Virus record (IMG/VR): IMGVR_UViG_3300042270_000151
Coordinates: 62,001 to 126,000 of that record
DNA length: 64,000 bases
Origin: an uncultured virus (IMG/VR IMGVR_UViG_3300042270_000151)
Taxonomy: Duplodnaviria > Heunggongvirae > Uroviricota > Caudoviricetes
Strand: one strand, 5' to 3'
Below the pieces are notes generated by a model. That model did not search any database. It had not been told where the DNA came from and was given only the letters and a program-made list of their open reading frames with translations. The position numbers were made by a program, and so were the translations under genes. Shown one piece after another: positions 49,132 to 59,533 of this stretch. Positions within the stretch are counted from its first letter, which is position 1; every line of letters begins with the position of its first letter.

Positions 49132-50532
49132 ATGCTATCTAACAGCGTTCGTTTGGTTCGCGCAGTATTCATCGCCGTACCGACAGTCCATCAGATGCAC
49201 TTCCGTCCCTACGAGTCTCATATCAACAATGAGACTCTAAATATGTTGGATCAGGTCACCCAAGGTGGCCAGTACACAAACGTAGAGCGATTTTCAGCGA
49301 TCTCGGGCCGCATTCTCTCCCCGGCTTCCCAATCTAAGGGCATTGTAGCTATTGCCAATGGCTGGGACACCCAGCGCTACTCCGTACTGATGGAGTTTGA
49401 GGTGGTAACGCCCATGGGTATCTCCCGTGAGGTCATTACGGGTTATACGGGCTATGCTGATATGTCCTACGGTGGACATTTGGCACCGGATACGCCTATC
49501 TTCACAAACTCTCATACGGAGGCCAGGGTCGACCAGGTAATGCAACATGGTCATCGTTTCGAGAAGTACGGATCTGTCGGTGCACGGCAGATACTCTCCC
49601 CGGTGACATACCTGGGCATGGATCACCAGCTCCATCAATCAGAGGCGCTACTACGTCCAGTGGATGCCATTACGTACCAGCAGCGCGAGTACCATGGCTT
49701 TAATCAGCCAGGTGTACTGGATACCCGAGTTGCTAACATGTACGGTATTAACGCCAGTGCGCGTGACAACGTAATTGGGGGACGTTACCTACATAAGGTA
49801 TGTGAAGGGTATCGTGAGGGTGTCGTCAATAACTATGACATGGTGGAGTCGCCGGATTACGTCATGGGGGCAGCCGCGGACAGCTCCAAGGTTGCAGAGG
49901 CGGATGTGTGTATGTCGTCTATGGTGTTTGCACGCCTGCGCGACCAGACGGCGTATACGGAAACCTTCTACGTGACCGTGCAAGAGATACGCACGGCGTT
50001 CCAAGAATTCGACCACGTGCTTCAGATTGCCCATCTGGATACCGGTACACCCACCTCCATGACGGAGCATACTGATCACTGGGGTGCGCCTAAGGTTGAA
50101 ACCCGGATAGCACACATGCTGATTCAAGCAGTTCCGGCACACCTGGCCCTTTACCTGGTGGCACGGTATAGCTTTAATATGGAGAACCAAACTGCACCGG
50201 ATGGCTCGGTAACCGTCAAGACCCTGGGGGCCCAGTTTATGGTCGGCGTGGCGGATGACGTACGCCGTATCCAGAACATCGAGGCTATTATACGCAGTAC
50301 AGTTGCAGCATCTGTCCAAGCAATGGGGGTAGGGGACTACAACATCACTATGTACTACAACATGGTAGGTAACACCACGGTCTCCGTAAGTGTCAACGGC
50401 GGGATGCCAGTTGACTATGCGGCACCCTGTTACTGTGATGCCCTCTACAGTCCGGTAGTGGGGGATTCCACACAAAGTCTCTCTACCATTGCAGGTGACC
50501 TGGGCAATATGCTTAATACGCTATATCGTTAA
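49132..50532 (+). CDS. Probable phage-nucleus protein import factor (phiKZ gp69/PicA/Imp1-like)
   Basis: 466 aa directly after the gp68-like gene; synteny only. Confidence 0.5.
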   Translation: MLSNSVRLVRAVFIAVPTVHQMHFRPYESHINNETLNMLDQVTQGGQYTNVERFSAISGRILSPASQSKGIVAIANGWDTQRYSVLMEFEVVTPMGISREVITGYTGYADMSYGGHLAPDTPIFTNSHTEARVDQVMQHGHRFEKYGSVGARQILSPVTYLGMDHQLHQSEALLRPVDAITYQQREYHGFNQPGVLDTRVANMYGINASARDNVIGGRYLHKVCEGYREGVVNNYDMVESPDYVMGAAADSSKVAEADVCMSSMVFARLRDQTAYTETFYVTVQEIRTAFQEFDHVLQIAHLDTGTPTSMTEHTDHWGAPKVETRIAHMLIQAVPAHLALYLVARYSFNMENQTAPDGSVTVKTLGAQFMVGVADDVRRIQNIEAIIRSTVAASVQAMGVGDYNITMYYNMVGNTTVSVSVNGGMPVDYAAPCYCDALYSPVVGDSTQSLSTIAGDLGNMLNTLYR

Positions 50533-50542
50533 GGAGTAACAC

Positions 50543-51877
50543 ATGAAGCCGATTGTAAAATTCTACCAGTCTCTACTGGAGGATGTCGGCTGCACCATTG
50601 AAAAGGATGGTGCAGTCCAATATCCGAATGACAAGGGGGAGCTTGCTCCCCTTAAAGTAAAGGTTCGTCGGGGACGCGGTACCGTATCCCTGCCCCTGTA
50701 CCTGCCCACCGAGGAGTGGGTGAATGCCGAGGAAGACGGTAAGCGGGTGTTCTTCCATCCTGCTGCAGAGTCTGTTTTCCGTGGACAGTCAGAGGTGTTG
50801 AACAAGTTTCTACACTTGGTCTCCAGCCGTACCTACATGGCTACACTGAATGTGGTGGACAGCATTATTGCTCTAGCCGCCCATACCGATAAGCATGCTA
50901 AGGTGCCACAGGCCGCTATGGAGAAGATTCTCTCCAAGATGCCAACCACCAGTACGAACACACTGGATGCCTGGCGTCGGATTCCGGCTAAGGTTCTGAC
51001 GGGGTTTGTCGGAAAACACCCCATGATCCGGTATCAGTTGGAGCGGGTAGAGGGGGACTCCAAGGTACAGCGTCGTCGCTGCACTTTCTCTGTTCCCTTC
51101 ATGGAATCGCAGACGCTCTATAATGCGCGCCTACCGTCTAAGGTAGCGCACACGGTTATCCGTACCGCCTTTGAGTTGGCGCTAGGGGATGTACCTGTAG
51201 TGGAGTCGTACAATAGCCGTACAGCTCCCTACTTTACAACCCTGTGTAAAACCTTCTATGAAGTAATGTCACGGCTGCAGGAGGTGGCGAGCCTTATCAC
51301 CAGTTACCTGACCCAAGACTTTTACTTCTCAGGCCACTGGGTGAAGGATCTTTCCAATCTGGATGACTGGTACCATAATGACCTGTACATTCAATGGGAG
51401 GGTAACATTGGCTTGGGTGCAACTGTGGAGGAAGAGAAATCCGAAACAGTAACGCCTGCACAGGCACCACGTGCAGCGGCGTCCGCGCCCCCAGCACCAA
51501 CACCACCACAGCCACAGCCAGTGGCCCCTGCACCGAAGGTAGAGGATGATGGTATCCCGACCTTTAAACCACCGGCAATGACGCCACCTAACTATGGCCA
51601 AGGTGCAGTGCCAGCACCCCAACCGCCAACGTATGGGCAGCCGCAACCTCAGTACCAACCCCAACCTCAATACGCACCGCCACCGCAGTACAACCAACCT
51701 TACCCCCCTCAACCCCAATACGGACAACCCGTACCCCAACCCCAGTATAATCAGCCGTATCCGCCCCAGCCCCAATATGGGCAGCCTGGACCAGGTGGAT
51801 ATTACGGCCAGCCCCAACAGCCACAAATGTATCTAGACCCTCGCACAGGACAATACCGTCCGATGTCTGGTTACTAA
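50543..51877 (+). CDS. phiKZ gp70-position protein with a long Pro/Gln/Tyr-rich C-terminal tail
   Basis: 444 aa; last third is low complexity. Confidence 0.6.
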   Translation: MKPIVKFYQSLLEDVGCTIEKDGAVQYPNDKGELAPLKVKVRRGRGTVSLPLYLPTEEWVNAEEDGKRVFFHPAAESVFRGQSEVLNKFLHLVSSRTYMATLNVVDSIIALAAHTDKHAKVPQAAMEKILSKMPTTSTNTLDAWRRIPAKVLTGFVGKHPMIRYQLERVEGDSKVQRRRCTFSVPFMESQTLYNARLPSKVAHTVIRTAFELALGDVPVVESYNSRTAPYFTTLCKTFYEVMSRLQEVASLITSYLTQDFYFSGHWVKDLSNLDDWYHNDLYIQWEGNIGLGATVEEEKSETVTPAQAPRAAASAPPAPTPPQPQPVAPAPKVEDDGIPTFKPPAMTPPNYGQGAVPAPQPPTYGQPQPQYQPQPQYAPPPQYNQPYPPQPQYGQPVPQPQYNQPYPPQPQYGQPGPGGYYGQPQQPQMYLDPRTGQYRPMSGY

Positions 51878-51932
51878 CGGCACGTACACCCATACGCCCG
51901 AAAGGGCGCATGGGTGTCTATTTCTTTTTTTG

Positions 51933-52280
51933 TTACAGTCGTGCTTGAGTGGTGAGGTACTGGTCTAATATTTCTTTAAATATAGACGGTGTGTAGGTAT
52001 AGACTGTATCCACTTCCCCATGAAAGTCAGCTGGACTATGATAACCGTTCGCCCTTAACGTGGGCCATTGGTGGGGCACCGCTACCCCTAGCTCGGATAA
52101 TAATCCATAAAAGTCACCCGCGTACATGCGTTTTTGACGTTCAGTGATGGAGACGTGCTCTTGAATATTGCGCCGGATGACGGGCAAGTGGGTTTCGATT
52201 GCCACTCTATATCCAGCTTCATAATAGTTAGCCTTGCCGCGAGGTACGGCGAGCTTATCAACGTTCATAATGACCCTCAA
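51933..52280 (-). CDS. Small hypothetical protein, possibly LysM/tail-X-like
   Basis: YAGDFYGLLSELG...TLRANG pattern. Confidence 0.45.
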   Translation of the reverse strand: MRVIMNVDKLAVPRGKANYYEAGYRVAIETHLPVIRRNIQEHVSITERQKRMYAGDFYGLLSELGVAVPHQWPTLRANGYHSPADFHGEVDTVYTYTPSIFKEILDQYLTTQARL

Positions 52281-52331
52281 CCTTATTTCAGGTACTCTAT
52301 AGCATCCACTCGTTATCGTTTAAGCTGAAAA

Positions 52332-52341
52332 CCTATATTAC
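52332..52341 (+). promoter_or_regulatory. Early promoter motif CCTATATTAC
   Basis: Exact motif upstream of the nvRNAP genes. Confidence 0.8.
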
Positions 52342-52375
52342 CGTACTGAGCAGTAAATGTCACAGGAGTGTACAG

Positions 52376-54451
52376 ATGGAAAAGACGCGCAATAATCTCC
52401 GACACTTGGGCACTATGGCGGCTATATCGCCCATGCTTAAGTTTAACTCGGGCAGCCGCATGCAGATGGTCTGCTCACAGATCTCTCAGGCGGTGATACC
52501 GAATAAACCGGATACCCCTCGTATCCTAACTGGGTTAGAGGATCAACTCGCAACCCATACGTTTGGGGTGAAGGCACCTGAGGACCTGCAGGTCTATGCA
52601 GTGCTCCATAAGTATACGGGCGGTGTAGGGGCGAACTCCATTGCCTATAACCCACTGGTTACGGTAATTTACCGTAGTTTGGAAACGGGGTATTTTGGAG
52701 TCTTCCATGTAGAGACCTATCAGAACCAACTGGAACGTGTACATGAAACCTTCGGGTTTAAGTATAAGTTCACCCCCCTCATGCATCAGCTTGCACGGGG
52801 AATGACTCTCGATAGAGGGGATGTACTTTCGTATAGTCCTACCGTTGAGAATGGGTACTACTCCAATGGTCTCAATTGTAATGTTGCGTACATGTCCGTA
52901 CCGGCTACAATTGAGGATGGGTTCGAGGTATCCCGTGACTTCCTTGAACGCGCCACACCCATTGCTACGGGTACCCGTGTAGTAGAATGGGGTCGTCACT
53001 ACTATCCAATTAACCTCTATGGGGATGACCGGATCTATAAGCCGTTCCCTGAGATTGGAGACACTATACGTGAAGATGGGCTAGTCTTTGCACTGCGCAA
53101 ATACGACCCTATGTTAGATGGGGTTGAAATGTCCCGTAGGGAGCTTCAGACTCCGGATCTGACGCATGATAAGTTAACCTATGGTGTACCGGGTGCTAAA
53201 ATCATCGATATTACGGTACACACCACGACCAATGAGGGTCGCAGAACGTACCATACGCCATCGGGTATGGAGGATGTCGCTAAGAAGTATGCTGATCGGC
53301 ATGCGCAGTATTATGACCGCATCGTGCAGGTTTATCATCAGATTAAACAGGAGACCAATTACAAACCGAATCTAACCCCAGAGCTTCTGACACTGATAGA
53401 GCGGGCTATGGGCGTGCGCCCTAATGAAGCGGTTAAGCGTCTAGAGTCGGTGAAGGGTCGTAAAAACTCTATCCAGAAAACATACCGTGCTAACCCCATG
53501 GATGAGTGGCGAGTAGAGGTCATGTACGCGCACCGTTTCACTGCCGACTTGGGTGCTAAGATATCAGACATGGGGGGCGGCAAAGGCGTGGTTTGCGGTG
53601 TACGGGAAAGCCATGAAATGGCGGTGGATGACTTCGGTAACCGTGCTGACGTTATTGTGTACGGTAAGGGCGCAGTTGCGCGGCTGAACCCCGGTCAGTT
53701 CTATGAGCAATACATCAATGCGGTGGCACGAGACGTTGCAGGCGATATTCGTCAAATGATGGATGCTGGTCAGAACGAACAAGCCTGGCTACATTTTCAG
53801 ACACTGGTTGCCTGTACCTCTACCGTAATGGAAGAGAATATCCGTGACCTATCCGAAGCAGAGAGGATGGAGGTGTTGGATAGCATTTATAACCAGGGTA
53901 TCTATCTGGTTATCCGTGCAGACGATGAGAAACTTTGTCCCGACTTGTACCGTAAGCTTAAAGCCTTCAGACCACCAAACAAGTCACCGGTCACCTATGT
54001 CAGTCGTACCGGTGAAACGGTTCGCACTAAGGACCCGGTCCTGATTGGTACTAAGTTTATGATTGTACTGGATAAGTTGGATCACAAGCCCATGGCGGTT
54101 TCTGGTATCTTAAGGCAGCACCATGGTCTGCCAGCAGTACAGAATAAAACTACTAAGCACTCAACTCCATCTAAGGAACAGCCACCTCGTGTCATCGGGG
54201 AAACTGAGTTGCGTAGCCTGGTATCGGTTATCGGTGGCGATGCCGCTGCTGAAACCATGGATTTGGCGACTAATCCAGAAAGTCACCGCATGGCGGTCAA
54301 TTCAATACTGCTATCGGACCGACCTTCAGACATTGAGTGTTTGGTCGATCGAAATGTAGTACCGATTGGTGGGCGTCCGATTAAGTTTGTCCGACACATC
54401 GCCGCGTGTGCCGGATGGGAAATCATTCGTGTCCCCCGACATAAACAATAA
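52376..54451 (+). CDS. Non-virion RNAP beta C-terminal subunit (phiKZ gp71-73-like)
   Basis: SRMQM...QA, EDG, GAKISDMGGGKGVV, RLNPGQFYE and RVIGETE beta motifs. Confidence 0.88.
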   Translation: MEKTRNNLRHLGTMAAISPMLKFNSGSRMQMVCSQISQAVIPNKPDTPRILTGLEDQLATHTFGVKAPEDLQVYAVLHKYTGGVGANSIAYNPLVTVIYRSLETGYFGVFHVETYQNQLERVHETFGFKYKFTPLMHQLARGMTLDRGDVLSYSPTVENGYYSNGLNCNVAYMSVPATIEDGFEVSRDFLERATPIATGTRVVEWGRHYYPINLYGDDRIYKPFPEIGDTIREDGLVFALRKYDPMLDGVEMSRRELQTPDLTHDKLTYGVPGAKIIDITVHTTTNEGRRTYHTPSGMEDVAKKYADRHAQYYDRIVQVYHQIKQETNYKPNLTPELLTLIERAMGVRPNEAVKRLESVKGRKNSIQKTYRANPMDEWRVEVMYAHRFTADLGAKISDMGGGKGVVCGVRESHEMAVDDFGNRADVIVYGKGAVARLNPGQFYEQYINAVARDVAGDIRQMMDAGQNEQAWLHFQTLVACTSTVMEENIRDLSEAERMEVLDSIYNQGIYLVIRADDEKLCPDLYRKLKAFRPPNKSPVTYVSRTGETVRTKDPVLIGTKFMIVLDKLDHKPMAVSGILRQHHGLPAVQNKTTKHSTPSKEQPPRVIGETELRSLVSVIGGDAAAETMDLATNPESHRMAVNSILLSDRPSDIECLVDRNVVPIGGRPIKFVRHIAACAGWEIIRVPRHKQ

Positions 54452-54463
54452 GGAGTAACCCTA

Positions 54464-56419
54464 ATGGCGAACATCTATGCAGCAAGCACCCTGTGTATGC
54501 TGACAGAGAAGGAGGTATGGGCCCTACCTGAGGGCCCTATGGTGGTAGAGTTTGCCGACGGATCCACCTTGGAAACTGGTAAGCGTCGTACTGTATTGAG
54601 CTGGTACTTTTGGCGTATGCACCGTGAGTTTCCAGGATGCCCTATATTGCCCACTCACCATGTTGGTAATAAATCCCTTACCAAGGGGTTTGATCAGAAG
54701 CTGGGGGCTAAGATTTTCTGGGATGTCTATGAAGGGTATCCGGATAAGCGGGAGAACTTGGTCTGGGAGATGTCAAAGGTCAGCTATGAGATACTTAACA
54801 CCGTCCACAACATCACGGTCGCCCGTCTAGCGGGCTATGTGACAACAGTGGACCTGGAAGATGTAATAGACCTCATGGATGACCCGGTAATACGGGAGGT
54901 GAAAGATAAGATCGAAGCGGATGAGATGGAGTTCAAGGAGGGATACGAGCTCATCATGCAGGAGCTTAAGAAGGACAAGCCCTCATTACGCAATAATGGG
55001 GTTGCTAAGATGACCCGTGCGAACCTGCTTTCTGAGAAGCAGTTGGTGCAGTTCATTGGTGCACGTGGTAATACCTTTGCTACGGATGGCTCTATCTTTA
55101 TGTACCCCATCAAGAAGTCCTATGCGGACGGGTTCGATACGTTGTACGATAGCATTACGGAATCCCGCAGCGCGTCTCGTGCACTGTTGATGAACGATGA
55201 TCCGCTGAAGGACTCTGAGTACCTGAACCGACGAATGCAGCTTCTTGCAGCTGTCGTGCGCAGTGTCGTGGGGGATGATTGTGGTACACCCCACACCATC
55301 CCATGGTTGGTATCTGAACAGGACATGCATGGCCTTAAGGGTAAGTACCACATGGTCGATGGTCGACCGGTGCTGTTTGATCCTAAGGACACGTCATTGA
55401 TTGGACAGGTCATTAACATCCGTTCTATCACTATGTGTCAGAATGACGATACCGGTACGGTCTGTAAAACGTGTCTGGGACAAATCTCCCGTATTGTCCC
55501 CCCTAGAACCAACGTAGGGCACTTTCTGACAACCGACCCACTGTCCTCACTCTCTCAGCTAATCCTTTCTACGAAGCACGTTGAGACCTCTCAAGGCGCC
55601 TTGTATTTCTCATTGGATGGTGAGGCCGGTAAATGGTTCCGCTATGACCCCGATAACCGGTCAGCGGTTACACTGAAGCGACAGAATGCAGCGAATACCT
55701 TCCTGATTCGCTTTGCTGAAGAAGAGGCCCCTGGCCTTAACAGTGTCCTTCAAAGTGGTGATCCCGCAGGGTTACTGCCGCAGCGTGTATCCTGTATTAC
55801 GGAGTTGCAAATTGCAAACGCCGATGGCCACGGGCAGCAGAAAGGGGACTGGAGTATCTTCAACCTGCGTATAGGGGATGAAGGCTCTGCACTCTCCTCG
55901 GATGTCCTGGAGGCCATTGCCCGTAATGGGTGGAAAACCGTTAACGGCGTTGTGGAGGTACGCTTGGACGGATTTAAAGGTCGGCCGGTCTTCATTACCC
56001 CCAGACGCAGTGAGAGCATGCTGACGTTCCAGCGTCGCATTAAACACTTTGTCTTTGGGTCTGAGGAAAAGGATGAGGCCATTGTCTCCCATAAGCACCC
56101 CGGTCAGGCGGTGGCGGCAATGAAACGCCTCTTCGATGAAAAGATAAAGGTCAACCTAGCCCATGCGGAAATCTTTGTACGTGCCTGTATGACGGTGAAC
56201 GCCTATGCTAACGACTATCGCCTACCTCGTGGTGGTGATCCATTTGTCTTTATGTCCGCCCGTCGGATTATATCGAACCGGTCCGTGTCGGCGGCTTTGG
56301 CCTTCGAGGGACAGAAGCGGGTCATTCTTAACCATAAGAGTTACTTGACCCATGAGCGTCCAGTGCACCCGCTGGATCCCATTATTGGGGCCGATGCCCC
56401 GTATGTAGATAACCGCTAA
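54464..56419 (+). CDS. Non-virion RNAP beta-prime C-terminal subunit (phiKZ gp74-like)
   Basis: SEYLNRRM, DDCGT, RSITMC...VCKTCLG and QLILSTKH. Confidence 0.88.
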   Translation: MANIYAASTLCMLTEKEVWALPEGPMVVEFADGSTLETGKRRTVLSWYFWRMHREFPGCPILPTHHVGNKSLTKGFDQKLGAKIFWDVYEGYPDKRENLVWEMSKVSYEILNTVHNITVARLAGYVTTVDLEDVIDLMDDPVIREVKDKIEADEMEFKEGYELIMQELKKDKPSLRNNGVAKMTRANLLSEKQLVQFIGARGNTFATDGSIFMYPIKKSYADGFDTLYDSITESRSASRALLMNDDPLKDSEYLNRRMQLLAAVVRSVVGDDCGTPHTIPWLVSEQDMHGLKGKYHMVDGRPVLFDPKDTSLIGQVINIRSITMCQNDDTGTVCKTCLGQISRIVPPRTNVGHFLTTDPLSSLSQLILSTKHVETSQGALYFSLDGEAGKWFRYDPDNRSAVTLKRQNAANTFLIRFAEEEAPGLNSVLQSGDPAGLLPQRVSCITELQIANADGHGQQKGDWSIFNLRIGDEGSALSSDVLEAIARNGWKTVNGVVEVRLDGFKGRPVFITPRRSESMLTFQRRIKHFVFGSEEKDEAIVSHKHPGQAVAAMKRLFDEKIKVNLAHAEIFVRACMTVNAYANDYRLPRGGDPFVFMSARRIISNRSVSAALAFEGQKRVILNHKSYLTHERPVHPLDPIIGADAPYVDNR

Positions 56420-56431
56420 AGGACGTACCCT

Positions 56432-56641
56432 ATGTTTGTACTGGATACCGGTGCCCGTGTAATCTGCACGGATAAGAAAAGGCGCAAAGGGGAGTCTAAT
56501 CCCGCTGCGTTAGAAATCGGTAAAACCTATCGTGTGACGGCGGTGCACACAGATGCTGCCCCAGAGCCATTGGTGGAAGTCGATGGCACACTGGGGCAAT
56601 TTTCGGTCGAACACTTCACCTTTGAATACGTATCACACTAA
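56432..56641 (+). CDS. Small hypothetical protein (SH3-like beta barrel?)
   Basis: 69 aa with AAAGGA RBS. Confidence 0.55.
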   Translation: MFVLDTGARVICTDKKRRKGESNPAALEIGKTYRVTAVHTDAAPEPLVEVDGTLGQFSVEHFTFEYVSH

Positions 56642-56661
56642 CCACCTAAAGGACTATTACG

Positions 56662-56895
56662 ATGCAAAAGCAACTGATGAATGCTGCCCGTGAAAAACTG
56701 GAACGTCAGTACCAGATCAGCCTCCCCAAGACGCGTGGGGAGCTGGATAATCTACTCAATACCCTGCGTCCAGAGGGACAGGATACACACCTGTGGGCAG
56801 GATGTCGCAGTGCAGTCTCTGAAGCACTGGAGATCCCAATGTCGGATACCCTTTTTCAGACCTGGTTTACTGCGACGGTTAATCAGAAGGCATAA
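56662..56895 (+). CDS. Small hypothetical protein
   Basis: 77 aa with AAAGGA RBS, followed by a terminator-like hairpin. Confidence 0.55.
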   Translation: MQKQLMNAAREKLERQYQISLPKTRGELDNLLNTLRPEGQDTHLWAGCRSAVSEALEIPMSDTLFQTWFTATVNQKA

Positions 56896-56982
56896 ATAGT
56901 TATAGACATGCACTGGGCGAGCCCAGTGCATGGTCATTATTTTTTATTGCCACTAGGGCTAGGCATCCTATAATAGGGGATT

Positions 56983-58956
56983 ATGGCTGTCATGGGAGGC
57001 AGAATGGTTAAGTTTAAAGTAGACGTCTACAGTCATGGTGTACGTATTCAGGTACATTACCCGAATGAGCGAGAAGCCATCCTTAAGTACTGTGAGCGAC
57101 TGGCGATCTTTGAAACCGTCTGGATTCCAAAGCTTAAGCGTCGAGTTAAGAAAACCAAGGCCGTCTTTGCAACGGCTACACATGACCGTAAAGAGTTTGG
57201 ATTTCTGAAAGCGGAGATTACAAAGGTTGAGGAGTATCTAAGGGGACTAGGGTACACTAGTAGTGACTTTCAATACACGTACCACGAGCCTATTGAAGGT
57301 ACCCCTATCGAGATAGCGTTGCAGAAGGGAGTAGGGCCTCGCAATGAGGAGCAGGAGTTGGCCATGTCCTTCATGAAGGAAGGTAAGGCCATTAACCGTG
57401 TACTAAACCTTCCTACTGGCTTTGGGAAGGCACAGCCGCTTTCCTCACAGGTGTTAACACCACACGGTTGGGTCAAAATGGGAGACCTTAGTGTAGGGGA
57501 TCCCATTAGCGGACCTGATGGTAGTGAAGGTGTGGTTGTGGGTATCTATCCACAGGGCGTACGTCCAGTATACTGCATCACCCTAGAGGATGGGCGACAG
57601 TCAACCGCTGACGCTGAACATCTCTGGTATACCATGGAGAAAGGGTTAACGGGTGAGGTGCTAACAACAGCAACCCTCAAGGATCGGGTGGAGAACGGTC
57701 GTGAGCAGTATTTGCCCATACATGTTCCAGATAGCGACTATTTGGAAATGTCTAGGGTTATCGACGTACAGTACGTAGGGGCGGATGAGGTCCAGTGTAT
57801 AGAGGTATCACACCCATCTCACCTCTATGTCACAGATGACTTTATCGTGACACACAACACCGCCTGTGGTCTCATGACCACTGCACATTACAAGGTAAGA
57901 ACAGCCTTTGTAATGGCCTCGGGGCATTTTAAAACGTGGATTGACTCCACTAAGTGGGTACTGGACATTGATCACGCTAAGGACATCTGTGTGGTACAGG
58001 GGCGTGAGCATTTGGTGAATCTGGTTAAGTTATCGTTAGCCGGACAGAATGAGTATAAGCTCATCTTTATCTCCATTGCTACCATCCGGGCCTTTCTCAA
58101 GGACTACCTTACAGAGGGATACACCATTGAGGGTGTGACGCCCTATGAGCTATTCCCCACACTAGGCGTGGGCATGCGCATCGTGGATGAGTCACATGAG
58201 AATATCCATGCACTCGTAACCGCCACCACCTTCACGCATGTACGTAGAGCCATCTACCTATCTGCGACACTGGTGTCGGAAGATGAGAAGATCAACAACC
58301 AATACCTTAAAATATTTCCTATGGAGGATCGTTTTAAAGACGTAAGTCAAAATGAACACGCGCAATGTGTCTCCGTAACCTATAGACTCGAGCACCCTGA
58401 CAAAGTGAAGTGTACGGGTACTAAGGGATATAGTCACGTCGCGTATGAGCAGTGGTTAATGGCGAACCGTACCGCGGAGACGCGCTACTATGAGTTCATA
58501 GAGAGTTTAGCGGAGCAGGCATTCGTCTCAGACTACCAGGACGAACAGAAGCTTCTTATTTTCTGTGCAACCACTGAAATGTGTGAACGCCTGGCCAGTC
58601 GACTGAGTAAGCTCTATCCGCAGTTTAAAACCTCAGCCTATACAGCGTCCTATGCCCCAGAGGTATTGTACGCCAATGACATTATCGTCAGTACACCGAC
58701 CTCGGCGGGTACTGGTAAGGACATACCTAACCTAAGGGCCTGTATCAGTACGGTGGCTATTGGTTCGGTACAGCGTAACTTGCAGCTACTGGGGCGTCTA
58801 AGGCCTATAAAGAAATATCCCCATATTGCACCTGTTTACTACTGGCTAACCTGTCTGGACATCCTCCAGCACCGTGAGTACGACGTACGTAAGCGAGAAC
58901 AGTTTTCCGGTAAATGCGCCTCTATTGGGGACATGCCGACAAACGTTGTCGTTTAG
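56983..58956 (+). CDS. SF2 (DExH) helicase containing a mini-intein
   Basis: PTGFGK|T Walker A once the intein is removed, VDESH, LSAT, GKDIPNL and QLLGRLR. Confidence 0.9.
   Translation: MAVMGGRMVKFKVDVYSHGVRIQVHYPNEREAILKYCERLAIFETVWIPKLKRRVKKTKAVFATATHDRKEFGFLKAEITKVEEYLRGLGYTSSDFQYTYHEPIEGTPIEIALQKGVGPRNEEQELAMSFMKEGKAINRVLNLPTGFGKAQPLSSQVLTPHGWVKMGDLSVGDPISGPDGSEGVVVGIYPQGVRPVYCITLEDGRQSTADAEHLWYTMEKGLTGEVLTTATLKDRVENGREQYLPIHVPDSDYLEMSRVIDVQYVGADEVQCIEVSHPSHLYVTDDFIVTHNTACGLMTTAHYKVRTAFVMASGHFKTWIDSTKWVLDIDHAKDICVVQGREHLVNLVKLSLAGQNEYKLIFISIATIRAFLKDYLTEGYTIEGVTPYELFPTLGVGMRIVDESHENIHALVTATTFTHVRRAIYLSATLVSEDEKINNQYLKIFPMEDRFKDVSQNEHAQCVSVTYRLEHPDKVKCTGTKGYSHVAYEQWLMANRTAETRYYEFIESLAEQAFVSDYQDEQKLLIFCATTEMCERLASRLSKLYPQFKTSAYTASYAPEVLYANDIIVSTPTSAGTGKDIPNLRACISTVAIGSVQRNLQLLGRLRPIKKYPHIAPVYYWLTCLDILQHREYDVRKREQFSGKCASIGDMPTNVVV
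57430..57858 (+). mobile_element. Class 3 mini-intein (143 aa, no endonuclease)
   Basis: Starts AQPLSSQVLTPHGW, has DAEHLW and VQCIEV, ends FIVTHN before Thr+1. Confidence 0.9.
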
Positions 58957-59044
58957 ATAAGGAGGTTCACCCCTCCTTATTTTTTTTTGTCTGGTAGGGT
59001 TGGCAAATCCTATTGATACGACCTTTAAAATAAGGAGCACCCTT

Positions 59045-59533
59045 GTGAAAGTTATACTGGTTAAGTCGGTAGGTCAACTCTACCTGGAGTTACTGGCCCA
59101 CCTAGAAAAGAATAAAGAGATTCCTCTGACACTGCAATTTGATACAGTGTTTTTATGGGACACTGAGCTACTAGGTATTCACGACACCATCGATCTGTTT
59201 GCGGGTAAACTGGATATGCAGATCGAGGTACTCTACGATATGCCGGTACACTTTGCAGTGGTATTGGCGGCACTGCCAGTCGAAAAGCGACGTTGCATGC
59301 CTTCTACTATCGTACACTTTGTACGCCAGACCCAATACGCGATGGGTACCGCAACCGACATTACGGCCACTGGTGAGCAGGTCATTCGGGTAGAAGAGCG
59401 CATTGCATCTATCATCGCTGCTACGACGCGTTTGGAGACAGTTGACATTCGCACCCGCTGTGACCGACATGAATACATGACCGCCGATCAGGCGATTGAG
59501 CTAGGTGTGTTTGGAGGATACGTTCATGGCTAG
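59045..59533 (+). CDS. Degenerate ClpP-like protein (probably non-catalytic)
   Basis: ClpP-like layout ending YMTADQAIELG; no AAS nucleophile elbow or HQP motif; GTG start after AAGGAG. Confidence 0.6.
   Translation: MKVILVKSVGQLYLELLAHLEKNKEIPLTLQFDTVFLWDTELLGIHDTIDLFAGKLDMQIEVLYDMPVHFAVVLAALPVEKRRCMPSTIVHFVRQTQYAMGTATDITATGEQVIRVEERIASIIAATTRLETVDIRTRCDRHEYMTADQAIELGVFGGYVHG

Noticed and set aside
52376..54451. Intron in the nvRNAP beta subunit, as in phiKZ gp71-73
   Set aside because: The ORF is continuous here with its motifs in one frame.
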